A stretch of DNA of 62,071 nt, the filler included, from an uncultured bacterium (GTDB taxonomy: Bacteria > CAZSTA01): the NCBI GenBank assembly GCA_964609495.1. It is 6 parts of 6 records of this genome, joined end to end, with 100 filler letters (N's around TTAATTAATTAA, not from the genome) between each part and the next. Parts side by side here need not be neighbours in the genome. Positions count along the whole stretch, not along the records: positions 21,133 to 31,543 come from CAZSTA010000130.1; positions 31,644 to 41,884 come from CAZSTA010000131.1; 4 more parts are not named here. One strand, written 5' to 3'. Under the pieces are notes generated by a model that saw nothing but the letters and a program-made list of their open reading frames with translations, had not been told where the DNA came from and ran no database searches. This document shows, in pieces, positions 28,707-38,671 of the stretch. Made by a program: the position numbers and the translations under genes. The first letter of the stretch is position 1, and every line of letters starts with the position of its first letter.

Positions 28707-29627
28707 ATGCTCGCTAGATTAAGTATAATCCTTTCAATATCTTTAATTTTCTTGACTAGTAACTTAGGTTGGGCGGAAGAGCCGTCGCTCACTATCCTCT
28801 ATACTAACGATGTCAGCGGATATTTAGCCCCCTGTGGGTGAAGAATTCCTCTAGGAGGGGTGGCTCGGCGAGCCACGAAGATCAATTCTATAAGGGCGGT
28901 TGAATCCGATGTTCTCGTCCTAGAGGTCGGGAATTCCATCTCTGGAGCGAGGCTAGCGAATCAGTTCAAAGGAAAGCCCAATATAGAGGCGATGAATCTT
29001 ATGGGCTATTCTGCGATGGCTATAGGGGAGAACGAGTTAATATTTCTAGGGATAGACAATTTAAAGGAAAGGGCTAAGGAGGCTAAATTCCCCTTTCTCT
29101 CAGCGAATATAGTGGAAGCAAAGACGGGGAGGACTATCTTCACTCCCTTTATAATAAAGGAAATTGGAGATGAGAGGATAGCGATTATCGGAATTACCTC
29201 TGCTTCCATGCCCCAAACGGAACAGGACAGATTAGGGATATCTCTGTTAGACCCGATAGACACAGCTAAGGGATATGCTGATATGTTGAGGAAGGATGTC
29301 GATTTGATAATTGTTCTCTCTAACTTGGGATACAGTATCGATCAACAGCTTGCTCAACAGGTGGAGTCCATAGATGTTATCATAGGAGCGAATAATAGAA
29401 GCACTGAAGCCAAACCAGTGAAGATCAATGAATCGATCATTGCTCAAGGTTATGTGCAAGGTAGGTATCTCGGATATCTTCGCTTAAAGCTGGCTGGAAA
29501 GGCACATGTCACATCTTACGAGGGAGAATTGATAAAGTTAGATCCTGATATTGCTGATGATAAGGAAGCCAGCAAATTGGTGGAAAGATATGAGGAACTT
29601 TATGATAAGGAGATTGGTAATCGTTAA
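28707..29627 (+). CDS. Secreted UshA/5'-nucleotidase-fold selenoprotein, Sec at codon 45 (TGA 28839-28841)
   Basis: ATG 28707 with AGGAGG RBS, signal peptide, ILYTNDVSGYLAPCG-TGA-RIPLGGVARRAT in frame with ORF 28860-29627. SECIS-like hairpin follows; selABC are present on another contig of this window. Confidence 0.88.
28860..28876 (+). promoter_or_regulatory. Candidate bacterial SECIS hairpin
   Basis: GTGGCTC-GGC-GAGCCAC begins 18 nt after the UGA and has a G-containing apical loop. Confidence 0.6.
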
Positions 29628-29872
29628 TTCGAAAAACAGAAAATAGTAGTTAGCCAGTGGTGATACCTGATTACTAATAAGGAGATGGGAGATCGATAGG
29701 GATCTTAGTGTGAATTGGTTATAAGCAGAAAATCTAAAATGTTCCTTGAATCATAAAATATTTATGATTTACAAAGGGTTAAAATTATGAACAGTCGATC
29801 TTGGAAGGGCGGATATTGAAGACAAAGTTCAGATCAGCTCAACGAAGATCGGAAACTCAAAGGAGGTTTTAC

Positions 29873-30175
29873 ATGTTTGAGGATAAGGTTTTACAGTGTA
29901 GGGATTGCGGAAAGGACTTTGTCTTCACTGCCGGAGAGCAGGAGTTCTATGCCAAGAAGGGATTCAGTGACCCAGCTCGATGTCGAGACTGCCGCATAGC
30001 TAGAAAGAAAGCAAGAGGCGATTATGATAGGCCTCGGCAGATGTACGAGGTTATATGCGACGATTGCGGGAAAAAGACTATGGTTCCTTTCAAACCTCGG
30101 GGCGATAGGCCAGTATATTGCAAAGAATGCTTTGAGGCTAGAAGAAATAGAGATTCTAGAAGGTCTGATTTCTAG
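29873..30175 (+). CDS. Zinc-ribbon protein with CxxC-x17-CxxC domain
   Basis: MFEDKVLQCRDCGKDFVFTAGEQEFY..., C..CGK..VPFKP...PVYC.EC. AGGAGG RBS. Confidence 0.92.
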   Translation: MFEDKVLQCRDCGKDFVFTAGEQEFYAKKGFSDPARCRDCRIARKKARGDYDRPRQMYEVICDDCGKKTMVPFKPRGDRPVYCKECFEARRNRDSRRSDF

Positions 30176-30196
30176 AGGAACAAGATGCTAATTTAT

Positions 30197-30228
30197 AAGT
30201 CCGAAGGGTATTCTCTTCGGGCTTTTTT
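30197..30228 (+). terminator. Rho-independent terminator
   Basis: AAGTCCGAAGGG...CTCTTCGGGCTT followed by a T tract. Confidence 0.8.
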
Positions 30229-30309
30229 ATGAAATCTTGAGTTTGAGCCTCAGCACTTCCGAATATCTTACTGAATTTCGCTGGTTAGGTATTTAGAGAG
30301 GGAGAAGAT

Positions 30310-31266
30310 ATGAAAAGATCCGAATTAGGAAATACAGGATTGGAAGTCACAGAGTTATGCTTTGGAACACTGATCTTTGGTAAGTTACAAGCGAATATAT
30401 CTCCTGAAGAAGGAGCTAGGGCGATTCGGAGAGCGAGAGAATTGGGGATCAACTTCTTCGACACAGCTCAGATATATGGGACCTATCCCCATCTTAGAGA
30501 GGGTTTAAAAGGAGATAAAGATGATTTAGTTATCGCCTCCAAATCCAGAGTGAAAAGTTATGAGGAGATGAAAGATGCGGTGGAGGAGGCTTTGCTTGCT
30601 ATGGAGTTAGAGCATATCGATATCTTCCATCTTCATCTTGTGAAATCTGACGAGGATTTACGGCAACGTGAGGATGCTTTAGAATGTTTACAGGATTACA
30701 AGGAGAGGGGAATAATCAGCGCAATCGGTATATCTGCTCATTCACCCAAAGGAGTAAAAGCTGTATTGGATAGGGATGAGATCGAGGTTGTCTTCCCAGT
30801 TATCAACAAGAAGGGGATTGGGATCATAGATGGCACTTTCCAAGAGATGCTGTCAGTGATTAAGGCGGCGAAGGAGAGGGGAAAAGCTTTATACGCGATG
30901 AAGCCTTTGGGAGGAGGACATCTGATTAATGACATCAAATCTTCTATAGACTATGTGAGGGGATTAGGGATATTTGATTCTATCTCCGTAGGAATGAAGA
31001 CTCCTGAAGAGGTGGAGATGGATGTCGGAATATTCGAGGGAGATGAGAACTATATAAAACAGGCTGAGAAATTAGGAATAATTAAGAGGACTCTCAAGAG
31101 ATTGGTGATTTATGACACTTGTATTGCCTGCGGAACTTGTGAGGAGAATTGTGATCAGGGAGCTATCAAGGTGGTTGATAATAAGGCAAGAGTGGATAGA
31201 GATAAGTGCATCCTATGTGGATACTGTGCGAGTAGTTGTCCAGTATTCTGCATAAGGGTGGTTTAG
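30310..31266 (+). CDS. Aldo/keto reductase with C-terminal 2x[4Fe-4S] domain
   Basis: FDTAQIYG, MKPLGGG, two CxxCxxCxxxC motifs. Confidence 0.92.
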   Translation: MKRSELGNTGLEVTELCFGTLIFGKLQANISPEEGARAIRRARELGINFFDTAQIYGTYPHLREGLKGDKDDLVIASKSRVKSYEEMKDAVEEALLAMELEHIDIFHLHLVKSDEDLRQREDALECLQDYKERGIISAIGISAHSPKGVKAVLDRDEIEVVFPVINKKGIGIIDGTFQEMLSVIKAAKERGKALYAMKPLGGGHLINDIKSSIDYVRGLGIFDSISVGMKTPEEVEMDVGIFEGDENYIKQAEKLGIIKRTLKRLVIYDTCIACGTCEENCDQGAIKVVDNKARVDRDKCILCGYCASSCPVFCIRVV

Positions 31267-31365
31267 CGATAGAGGTGGTAATATTCGTCCTCTGAAAGAT
31301 ATAAACTTCTGAGAAATAGATTGGGCGTGAGTAAATACTGCCCAGAATTCATCTCGTTTATCCTC

Positions 31366-31543
31366 GTGAGCATGTAGAATATTGTGCTAGCGGTTTGAAC
31401 TCCCTTAAATCACCCTCCCGTCTTGGTTTTTGCTGAATTAATAAGGCTATCAAAGAATCTTGCTAATTATCACCCTCCCCCTAACCCCCCCATCGAGGGA
31501 GGGGGGACGAGAAATAGGGCGAAGCATAGACTTAAGCTCTATC
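31366..31543. mobile_element. Family A element, degenerate, cut by the contig end
   Basis: GTGAGCATGTAGAATATTGTGCTAG end, then TCACCCTCCCCCTAACCCCCCCATCGAGGGAGGGG. Confidence 0.7.
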
Positions 31544-31643
31544 NNNNNNNNNNNNNNNNNNNNNNNNNNNNNNNNNNNNNNNNNNNNTTAATTAATTAAN
31601 NNNNNNNNNNNNNNNNNNNNNNNNNNNNNNNNNNNNNNNNNNN
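31544..31643. other. Artificial contig linker
   Basis: N-run with TTAATTAATTAA. Confidence 0.99.
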
Positions 31644-32404
31644 CGATATTTCGTTCCCGCAACTAAAGAAGCGAGATCTAAGCTCAGCACCCTTCTGTTT
31701 CTAAGAAGCTCTGGCACCTCCATATTGACGATTCGTTGAGCCAAGCCCTCAACGATAGCGGTCTTTCCTACCCCGGGTTCACCGATCAGACAGGGATTGT
31801 TCTTTGTTCGTCGGCTCAACACTTGCATCACTCGCTGGATCTCATTATGCCTACCTATCACCGGATCCAACTTATCCTCCCTAGAGAGCTGGGTTAGATC
31901 GCGACCAAATTCATCCAGATATGGGGTGCGACTAGCTTGCTTAGTTTTCCTAGAGAAGGAGGCGCTATTGCTATCTCCCAGAAGCCGAACAGTATGTTCT
32001 CGCACCTTATCCAAAGTTACTCCTAGTCTGCTAAGAGATTGGGACGCTATCCCTTCCCCTTCCCGCACTAATCCCAACAAAATGTGCTCGGTGCCAACAT
32101 AGTTATGACCTAGAGTGCGAGCTTCATCGAAGGATAGGTCCAGAACTCTCTTAGCCTGCTCTGTAAAGGAGATCTCCCCTGGCCAAGAATTTCCCCTCCT
32201 GATAGAACTCTCCACCTGCTTCCTAACTTTATCCAGATTTGCTCCTAGACTCTCTAATACTCTTACTGCTACTCCATTACCTTCTTTGATCAGCCCTAAC
32301 AATAGATGTTCCGTACCTACATAATTATGGTTTAATCGTCGCGCTTCCTCTTGAGCTAGAACGATGACCTTTCGGGCTCTTTGGGTATATCGACTAAAAG
32401 ACAT
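31644..32404 (-). CDS. clpC: ATP-dependent Clp protease ATPase ClpC, N-terminal part
   Basis: Two Clp-N repeats (HNYVGTEH), [15 protein letters not shown]. Confidence 0.92.
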
Positions 32405-32651
32405 GATATTCCACTCCTTTTCCGTAACCCGACTTCGATAATTAATAATTTCCTATCCTCAAAATCGGGTTCTATAAACCATCTTTACTCGATCTAGCAG
32501 ATTTCGACCTGGGCGATTGCTCATTACAAAAACTCTCGGAAATATCACCCTTATAAACCAGGTTTATAGCTTAACATTCATCTCGAAGTTTTTTTTTCGT
32601 TCACCTTTATTATAACCTTATATGCACTATTTTGTCAACTGTTTTTTCACG

Positions 32652-33233
32652 TTAGAGGAAGTTAGCTGATATTAATAGGCTTAACACCACAGCATATAGT
32701 ATGACTAATACTCCTAAGACGATCACTCCCAACCCGACTGAGGTTACTAAGGTAACTAAAGCTTGTCCACTAGAGAATAAATAGGTTTCCTTCAGAGCTA
32801 GAAGCACTAGCCATATAGACCATATAAATATGACCAGCCAGAAGGTATCATAGATCAATACCTCCAGATCTCCAAAGACGGAGGATAAAATAGTAATAGG
32901 AGCGATAAATATCTGAGGGATGAAACTCACCCCTAGAGTTATAAAGAGATTCAAGGAGGTGCCTTCCCCTCCCCAAGCCTCAGCAACAAAGTGAAGGATA
33001 GCGGCTCCTATAAACCATATTAATAGCAAGGTTATGAACTTAGCCAGAAGGCCGATAGTAAGAGATATTTGAACCGTAGGAAGATTAAGTTCCTGCTTAA
33101 ATAGGGAGCCAACAGTCTGACTTAATAGAGCTAGTAGCACCAAAAACATCACCTTGAGAAATGATCTTTCCTCAGTAACTCGGCGCAGTGCTCGGGAGGG
33201 AGAAGTTAATGTCTCATAAACTAAGTCTAACAT
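32652..33233 (-). CDS. Yip1-family membrane protein
   Basis: Five TM segments, N-terminal L.SP..A motif, located downstream of sppA. Confidence 0.75.
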   Translation of the reverse strand: MLDLVYETLTSPSRALRRVTEERSFLKVMFLVLLALLSQTVGSLFKQELNLPTVQISLTIGLLAKFITLLLIWFIGAAILHFVAEAWGGEGTSLNLFITLGVSFIPQIFIAPITILSSVFGDLEVLIYDTFWLVIFIWSIWLVLLALKETYLFSSGQALVTLVTSVGLGVIVLGVLVILYAVVLSLLISANFL

Positions 33234-33246
33234 AATTGCCTCCTAG

Positions 33247-34200
33247 CTAAGGAGCATAACGATACTCAAGGGTGACTCCTTCGAGTTTCAGAGATGAGAG
33301 AGGTGAATAGTGAGTTTCCATCCGAAGCATATCAAATAGCCAACGTAAATCCCACTCCTCAGGGAGCACATAAGGTTCTATCCCCGCCAGATCAGCCGCA
33401 AGTTGGACCGCTTCCTGATACCCTCCCAACTCATCTATTAACCCCTTCTCCTTCGCCTCTTCCCCAATGAAGATACGACCATCAGCTAATTCTCTGACTT
33501 TCTCCTCGTCCATACCGCGTCCATCTACTATAGCCTGGATGAACTGATTATAGGTATTATCTATTATCCCTCGCAACATATCTTTCTCCTCATCCGTCAT
33601 ATCTCGATAAGGAGAGCCTATATCCTTAAATTCCCCACTTTTTATAACCGTGGTTTCGATCCCGATCTTCTTATATAGCTCCTCGAATTTATTGAAGGTC
33701 ATTATCACTCCAATGCTACCAGTCAAGGTCCCTGGATTAGCGATGATCTTATCGGCAGCACAAGCGATATAATATCCACCCGAGGCCGCCATATCTCCCA
33801 TAGAAGCTACTATTAACTTCCCCTTTTCCCGGGCCCTAAGGATAGCTTCATATACCTCCTGAACAGCCGCAATCGTCCCTCCGGGGCTATCTATCCTCAG
33901 CACTATCGCCTTTACCCGAGAATCCTCCTCGGCTCGCTCCAATCGTTTTATAATACTATCCGAACCAACGGTAATACCGAACAATCCCCTCTGATCTATC
34001 CCCCCAGCTATAGACCCATAGATACGAATCACCTTTATCCCTTCTTTGCCAGTTGGAAATATCTCCGTTCGAGATATCTCCCTAAGATAAGAAGGATATC
34101 TCGGAGCTTTCTCGGCTCGAGTGAAGATGAGATATATACCTGCTGATATAGATAGCAGACAGGAGGCTAATATTATTCCTGCCCATAATCTTCTTCCCAT
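33247..34200 (-). CDS. sppA: Signal peptide peptidase SppA (36K type)
   Basis: IDSPGG, AASGGYY, GSIGV, KSGEFKD. Confidence 0.95.
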   Translation of the reverse strand: MGRRLWAGIILASCLLSISAGIYLIFTRAEKAPRYPSYLREISRTEIFPTGKEGIKVIRIYGSIAGGIDQRGLFGITVGSDSIIKRLERAEEDSRVKAIVLRIDSPGGTIAAVQEVYEAILRAREKGKLIVASMGDMAASGGYYIACAADKIIANPGTLTGSIGVIMTFNKFEELYKKIGIETTVIKSGEFKDIGSPYRDMTDEEKDMLRGIIDNTYNQFIQAIVDGRGMDEEKVRELADGRIFIGEEAKEKGLIDELGGYQEAVQLAADLAGIEPYVLPEEWDLRWLFDMLRMETHYSPLSSLKLEGVTLEYRYAP

Positions 34201-34239
34201 TGCAGATCTCCTCTTAATCCTATCAGATTGTTCAATAAA

Positions 34240-34268
34240 ATTATATCACTATTAACAGTTATTGTCAA
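34240..34268 (-). promoter_or_regulatory. Sigma70 promoter of sppA
   Basis: TTGACA-17-TATAAT. Confidence 0.75.
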
Positions 34269-34289
34269 CCATTAGTGGATTAAAAATAG

Positions 34290-34492
34290 GGAAGTATGTA
34301 AAATTTCGTGCTAGTAGATTTTCACTAAGAAGTCAAGATATGATTCTCCCCTCACCCTATCCCTCTCCCCTTGTGGGAGAGGGATAGGGTGAGATTGAAC
34401 TAAAGCCCTTTAGTTCCCCCTCCCTCGATGGGAGGGGGGGAGGGTGATTTAAGGGAAGTTCAATTTCCCAGCACGGAGTTTTACATGCTTAC
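34290..34492. mobile_element. Family A MITE with both TIRs
   Basis: GGAAGTATGTAAAATTTCGTGCT...AGCACGGAGTTTTACATGCTTAC around the hairpin core. No TSD seen. Confidence 0.8.
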
Positions 34493-34630
34493 GCTCGATT
34501 ACGTCGATCTTCCAGTTTCTATCCCTTAAACCTAGAATTTCTAATATAATAGTTGATCTTTTTCCCTATTTATGTTATTATCTAGCTATGCTAGTATTGA
34601 CTCACATAACATAGTGAAGAGGATATAAAA

Positions 34631-35401
34631 ATGTTAGCTAAGCGTATAATCCCCTGTCTTGATGTTACCGCGGGAAGGGTAGTGAAAGGAACGAAGTTTT
34701 TGAACTTAAGAGATGCTGGTGATCCAGTTGAATTAGGAAAATTCTACGATGAACAAGGGGCAGATGAGCTAGTCTTTCTCGATATAACCGCCTCCTCTGA
34801 TGCTCGAGGGATTATGTTGGATGTGGTGAGAAGAACATCGGAGACCGTCTTTATCCCCTTCACTGTAGGAGGAGGGATCCGGACAGTCGAGGACTTCCGC
34901 CAGATATTGAAGGCGGGAGCAGATAAGATAGCGATCAACACCGCGGCGGTGCAGAATCCCCAGTTGATAAGCGAGGCGGCAAAGAGGTTCGGGAGCCAAT
35001 GCGTGGTAGTACCTATCGATGCGAAGGGGCATCCCAATGAGCCCGATATGCCCCGCTGGGAGGTATATATTCACGGAGGGAGGACTCCTACTGGAATAGA
35101 TGCCCTTGAGTGGGCAAAGAGGGCGGAGAGGCTAGGAGCAGGAGAGATACTTCTTACCAGTATGGATACGGACGGAACTAAGGAGGGATATGATATTCCG
35201 CTTACGAGAGCGATCTCCGAAGCCGTTCAGATCCCAGTTATCGCCTCTGGAGGAGCGGGGAAACCCGAACATCTATACGAGGTGTTAGTTGAGGGCAAAG
35301 CAGATGCAGTTCTAGCCGCCTCTATTCTGCACTACGAGGAGTACACAATTGAATATCTGAAGAGATATCTAGCGGAAAAAGGAGTGAATGTTAGGTTATG
35401 A
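34631..35401 (+). CDS. hisF: Imidazole glycerol phosphate synthase subunit HisF
   Basis: [37 protein letters not shown]. Confidence 0.98.
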   Translation: MLAKRIIPCLDVTAGRVVKGTKFLNLRDAGDPVELGKFYDEQGADELVFLDITASSDARGIMLDVVRRTSETVFIPFTVGGGIRTVEDFRQILKAGADKIAINTAAVQNPQLISEAAKRFGSQCVVVPIDAKGHPNEPDMPRWEVYIHGGRTPTGIDALEWAKRAERLGAGEILLTSMDTDGTKEGYDIPLTRAISEAVQIPVIASGGAGKPEHLYEVLVEGKADAVLAASILHYEEYTIEYLKRYLAEKGVNVRL

Positions 35402-35784
35402 AAGCTATAGATGAGATATTCGCCAAGGAAAAGCTGGTACCAGCTATCGCCCAAGATTATGAGACTGGGGAGGTGCTGATGCTCGCTTATATGAATAAGC
35501 AATCCTTCGAGAAGATGCTGGAGATAGGAAAAGCTTGCTACTGGCGTCGCAGTACCAATAGGCTTTGGCTAAAAGGAGAAGAATCTGGGCACTTCCAAGC
35601 GGTGAAGGAGATATATGTTGACTGCGATCCCATCGATACCATCCTGATAAAAGTTCTTCAGAAGGGGGGAGCATGTCACACTGGATATAGGAGTTGTTTT
35701 TATCGGCGATTTAACTCCGAAGGAGAGTTCGAGGTAGTAGGGGAGAAGGTATTTGATGCTGAAGAAGTTTATGGAAAGAGATGA
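35398..35784 (+). CDS. hisI: Phosphoribosyl-AMP cyclohydrolase
   Basis: [21 protein letters not shown]. Confidence 0.95.
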   Translation: MKAIDEIFAKEKLVPAIAQDYETGEVLMLAYMNKQSFEKMLEIGKACYWRRSTNRLWLKGEESGHFQAVKEIYVDCDPIDTILIKVLQKGGACHTGYRSCFYRRFNSEGEFEVVGEKVFDAEEVYGKR

Positions 35785-35921
35785 TCAATAAAAAAACTCA
35801 GATTTAGCAAGGAGGATATCGAGAAGGAGAAAAGTGAAACCACTAATTTTATAATCGGCGAGCGAGGAAATTGCTAAATGAGAATGACTGAATTAGGGAA
35901 GATAAAAATTAGATTATTTTT

Positions 35922-35950
35922 TTGACAAAAATCAATCTCTATGATATAAT
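35922..35950 (+). promoter_or_regulatory. Sigma70 promoter of sugar ABC operon 2
   Basis: TTGACA-17-TATAAT with extended -10 TG. Confidence 0.8.
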
Positions 35951-36099
35951 ATCACATAATCATATCGAAACAGATTCAAATTAGATCGGAGCTGGATATG
36001 AGCGTAAAAGGGAGGTGATATATAGCCAGATAGATGAGAAACTAGATGTTCAGAAGTGTATTTAAGATGTAATTTCAAAATTTAAAGGAGGTTGAAGAA

Positions 36100-37380
36100 G
36101 TGAGAAAGGTTGTATTTTTGGTAGGAGTAACTTTGCTTATTTTGGCTCTGACCCTGAGCTCCGCCGCGGCTAAAACAAAGATAGTTTATTGGCATACCCA
36201 TGGTGGTAAATATAAAGAGGTCACCGAAGCTATAGCCGCAAAGTTCTCGGAGATGAATCCTGATATCGAGGTGGAGCCAAAATTTGTGGCTTATGGAGGA
36301 GGTTTCCAATCCTATGATAAACTATTAGCTGCTATTGCTGCTGGCGATCCTCCTGATGTTTCCCACTTCGAGAGATCATTAGTAGTTGACTGGGTTGCGT
36401 CCAAAGCTTTTATGCCTCTAGACGATTATTTAACCGACGAGGAGAAATCGGGAGAGATGTTCCTCCCTGCCGCTTGGAGAGAGGTTGCTCTCTTTGATAA
36501 AGTTTGGGCGATGCCCTTTAATACCGATATTCGAGGATTCCTCTGGAACAAAGGGCTGTTCAAGAAAGCCGGGTTAGATCCTGATATCCCTCCCAAGACC
36601 CTAGAGGAATTGGATGCCTTTGCCGAGAAGACAACTAAGTATGATGAGACTGGAAAGAAGGTCGAGGAGATCGGGTTTATCCCCTGGACTGGAAACTGGT
36701 ACTTCCCTGCTTGGAGCTGGACCTTCGGAGGAAAGCTTTATGATTATGATACCAGGAAAGCTACCTTCACCGATCCCGAGAATCTCGCCGCTCTGGAATG
36801 GATGGTCTCCTATGCAAAAAAATATGATATAGAGGTTGTAGCTAGCTTCAGCGCAGGATTTACGGGAGGAGTTAGTGATCCCTTCTTTATGGGCTTCTTG
36901 GCAATGGAGGCTAATGGTAACTGGCAGATAGGGAATATGAAACAGTATGCTCCTGATATAGACTACGGAGTTGCTGAAGTTCCTCATCCTCCCGGAGGAA
37001 CTAATGGGACTTGGTGCGGAGGTTTTTCGCATGTTGTTCCCAGAGGAGTAAAGCATCCTGACGAGGCCGCCAAGTTTGTCAGATGGATGGGAAGCAAAGA
37101 GGCTCAAATGATATGGTATAAAGAGTTAGTATCCACCCCAACTAATATCGAAGCTCTTAAAGAAGCCATAGAAATAGCTGAGCCTAAGGATAGGATCTTT
37201 ATGGAGCAGTGGGAGATAGCTAATGGTCGTTATCCTCTCTGGATGCACTTCTTCCTGGAATGCCTACCTATGGTGGAGAACGCTATTCACTTCAAGAAGA
37301 CCCCCGAGCAAGCCCTTGCTGATACTCAGGCGATCGTCCAAAGAGGTTTGGATGAGCTCTTTGCTAGTATGGAAGAATAA
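36100..37380 (+). CDS. Sugar ABC transporter substrate-binding protein
   Basis: Signal peptide, AAIAAGDPPDV, WNKGLFKKAGLDP..PPKT.EEL. Confidence 0.93.
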   Translation: MRKVVFLVGVTLLILALTLSSAAAKTKIVYWHTHGGKYKEVTEAIAAKFSEMNPDIEVEPKFVAYGGGFQSYDKLLAAIAAGDPPDVSHFERSLVVDWVASKAFMPLDDYLTDEEKSGEMFLPAAWREVALFDKVWAMPFNTDIRGFLWNKGLFKKAGLDPDIPPKTLEELDAFAEKTTKYDETGKKVEEIGFIPWTGNWYFPAWSWTFGGKLYDYDTRKATFTDPENLAALEWMVSYAKKYDIEVVASFSAGFTGGVSDPFFMGFLAMEANGNWQIGNMKQYAPDIDYGVAEVPHPPGGTNGTWCGGFSHVVPRGVKHPDEAAKFVRWMGSKEAQMIWYKELVSTPTNIEALKEAIEIAEPKDRIFMEQWEIANGRYPLWMHFFLECLPMVENAIHFKKTPEQALADTQAIVQRGLDELFASMEE

Positions 37381-37397
37381 GGGGAAAGTAAATTATC

Positions 37398-37425
37398 AGT
37401 GGTTGCCGGCTCTCCGGCAACCACT
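37398..37425. terminator. Intercistronic hairpin
   Basis: AGTGGTTGCCGG-CTCT-CCGGCAACCACT. Confidence 0.7.
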
Positions 37426-37482
37426 ATATTAATCTCTATCGCTCTTGACCTCACTCCTTTCCGAGGGATAGGACGAGTTACC

Positions 37483-37718
37483 TTAAGTAATAATTGGTTA
37501 TTCTTAGTTTTTCGCTAGTGAGTTCAAGGTATATCCCCCTCACCCTATCCCTCTCCCACGAGGGGAAAAAGGTAACTTTTTTAACCGTGAGTTCTATTTG
37601 AAGCAAAAAGTTACCTTTTAGGGAACATTGAGATAAGCTTGCTCTCTTTATTTCCCCTCCCTCGATGGGAGGGGTTAGGGGAGGGTGATTACTATACTTC
37701 GTATTAGAAACCACTTAA
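37483..37718. mobile_element. Hairpin-core element with TTAAGTRRT-type ends, interrupted by a family B palindrome (37567-37619)
   Basis: TTAAGTAATAATTGGTTATTCTTAG...core...ACCACTTAA. The core hairpin is split by the 53-bp palindrome. Confidence 0.75.
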
Positions 37719-37756
37719 ACTGGAAGTGAATAACCTCAACTGAGAGGAGAGAATAT

Positions 37757-38671
37757 TTGATGGCTAAGAGAAAGAAAATGTCCCAAATGCAGAAATTCGC
37801 CCTTAGAGACGGATTGGTCTTTGCCTCCCCCTATATAATCGGATTCTTCGGATTCACTCTCTATCCGATCATCGCCTCGTTATACTACAGTTTTACCAAA
37901 TATACCGTTTTAGCCCCTCCCAAATGGGTAGGATTGCTCAATTATAAAAGGATGTTCTTCAGTCCTGAAGATGCTCTATACCGCTACTCCATGTATAACA
38001 CTCTCTATTATAGCGCTTTTGCTATCCCCTTAGGATTAGTGGTTGGTATCTCTATTGCCTTGTTACTGAATATGAAAGTAAGGGGGATGGCTATCTATCG
38101 AACTATCTATTATCTTCCTTCGATAGTTCCCATCGTAGCTAGCTCCGTCCTCTGGCGATGGATCCTGAATCCCCAATGGGGAATATTAAATGCCGCTTTG
38201 GAGAAAATTGGAATACCTGGGCCACCGTGGATCGCCTCGCCGGAGTGGTCAAAACCTGCTATCATATTAATGAGTTGTTGGGCAGTAGGAGGAGCAATGG
38301 TGATCTATCTAGCAGGACTACAAGATATACCAAAGGAGCTATATGAAGCCGCCGATATAGATGGAGCGAATTCGTTCCAGAAGATTATAAATATAACTAT
38401 ACCTATGCTCACTCCTACTATATTTTTCAATTTAATAATGGGACTTATAGGGGCTTTCCAGTTCTTCGCTCCTGTATATATTTTAACTCAAGGTGGCCCA
38501 GCGGATTCGACTACTTTGTATGCTTTTCACTTATATAAGACGGCCTTTGCTTACTTTAGGATGGGATATGCCTCAGCTATGGCTTGGATATTGTTTCTTC
38601 TAATCGCCTTTTTTACCCTTATACTCTTTAAGACCTCAGCTAGATGGGTATATTATGGAGGGCAGAGATAA
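37757..38671 (+). CDS. Carbohydrate ABC transporter permease
   Basis: LYEAADIDGA EAA loop. Confidence 0.95.
   Translation: MMAKRKKMSQMQKFALRDGLVFASPYIIGFFGFTLYPIIASLYYSFTKYTVLAPPKWVGLLNYKRMFFSPEDALYRYSMYNTLYYSAFAIPLGLVVGISIALLLNMKVRGMAIYRTIYYLPSIVPIVASSVLWRWILNPQWGILNAALEKIGIPGPPWIASPEWSKPAIILMSCWAVGGAMVIYLAGLQDIPKELYEAADIDGANSFQKIINITIPMLTPTIFFNLIMGLIGAFQFFAPVYILTQGGPADSTTLYAFHLYKTAFAYFRMGYASAMAWILFLLIAFFTLILFKTSARWVYYGGQR

Noticed and set aside
37478-37714. Small ORFs with HPPLTPP/GRGEG-type peptides (also 58121-58474)
   Set aside because: Translations of the hairpin-core repeat, not supported as genes.
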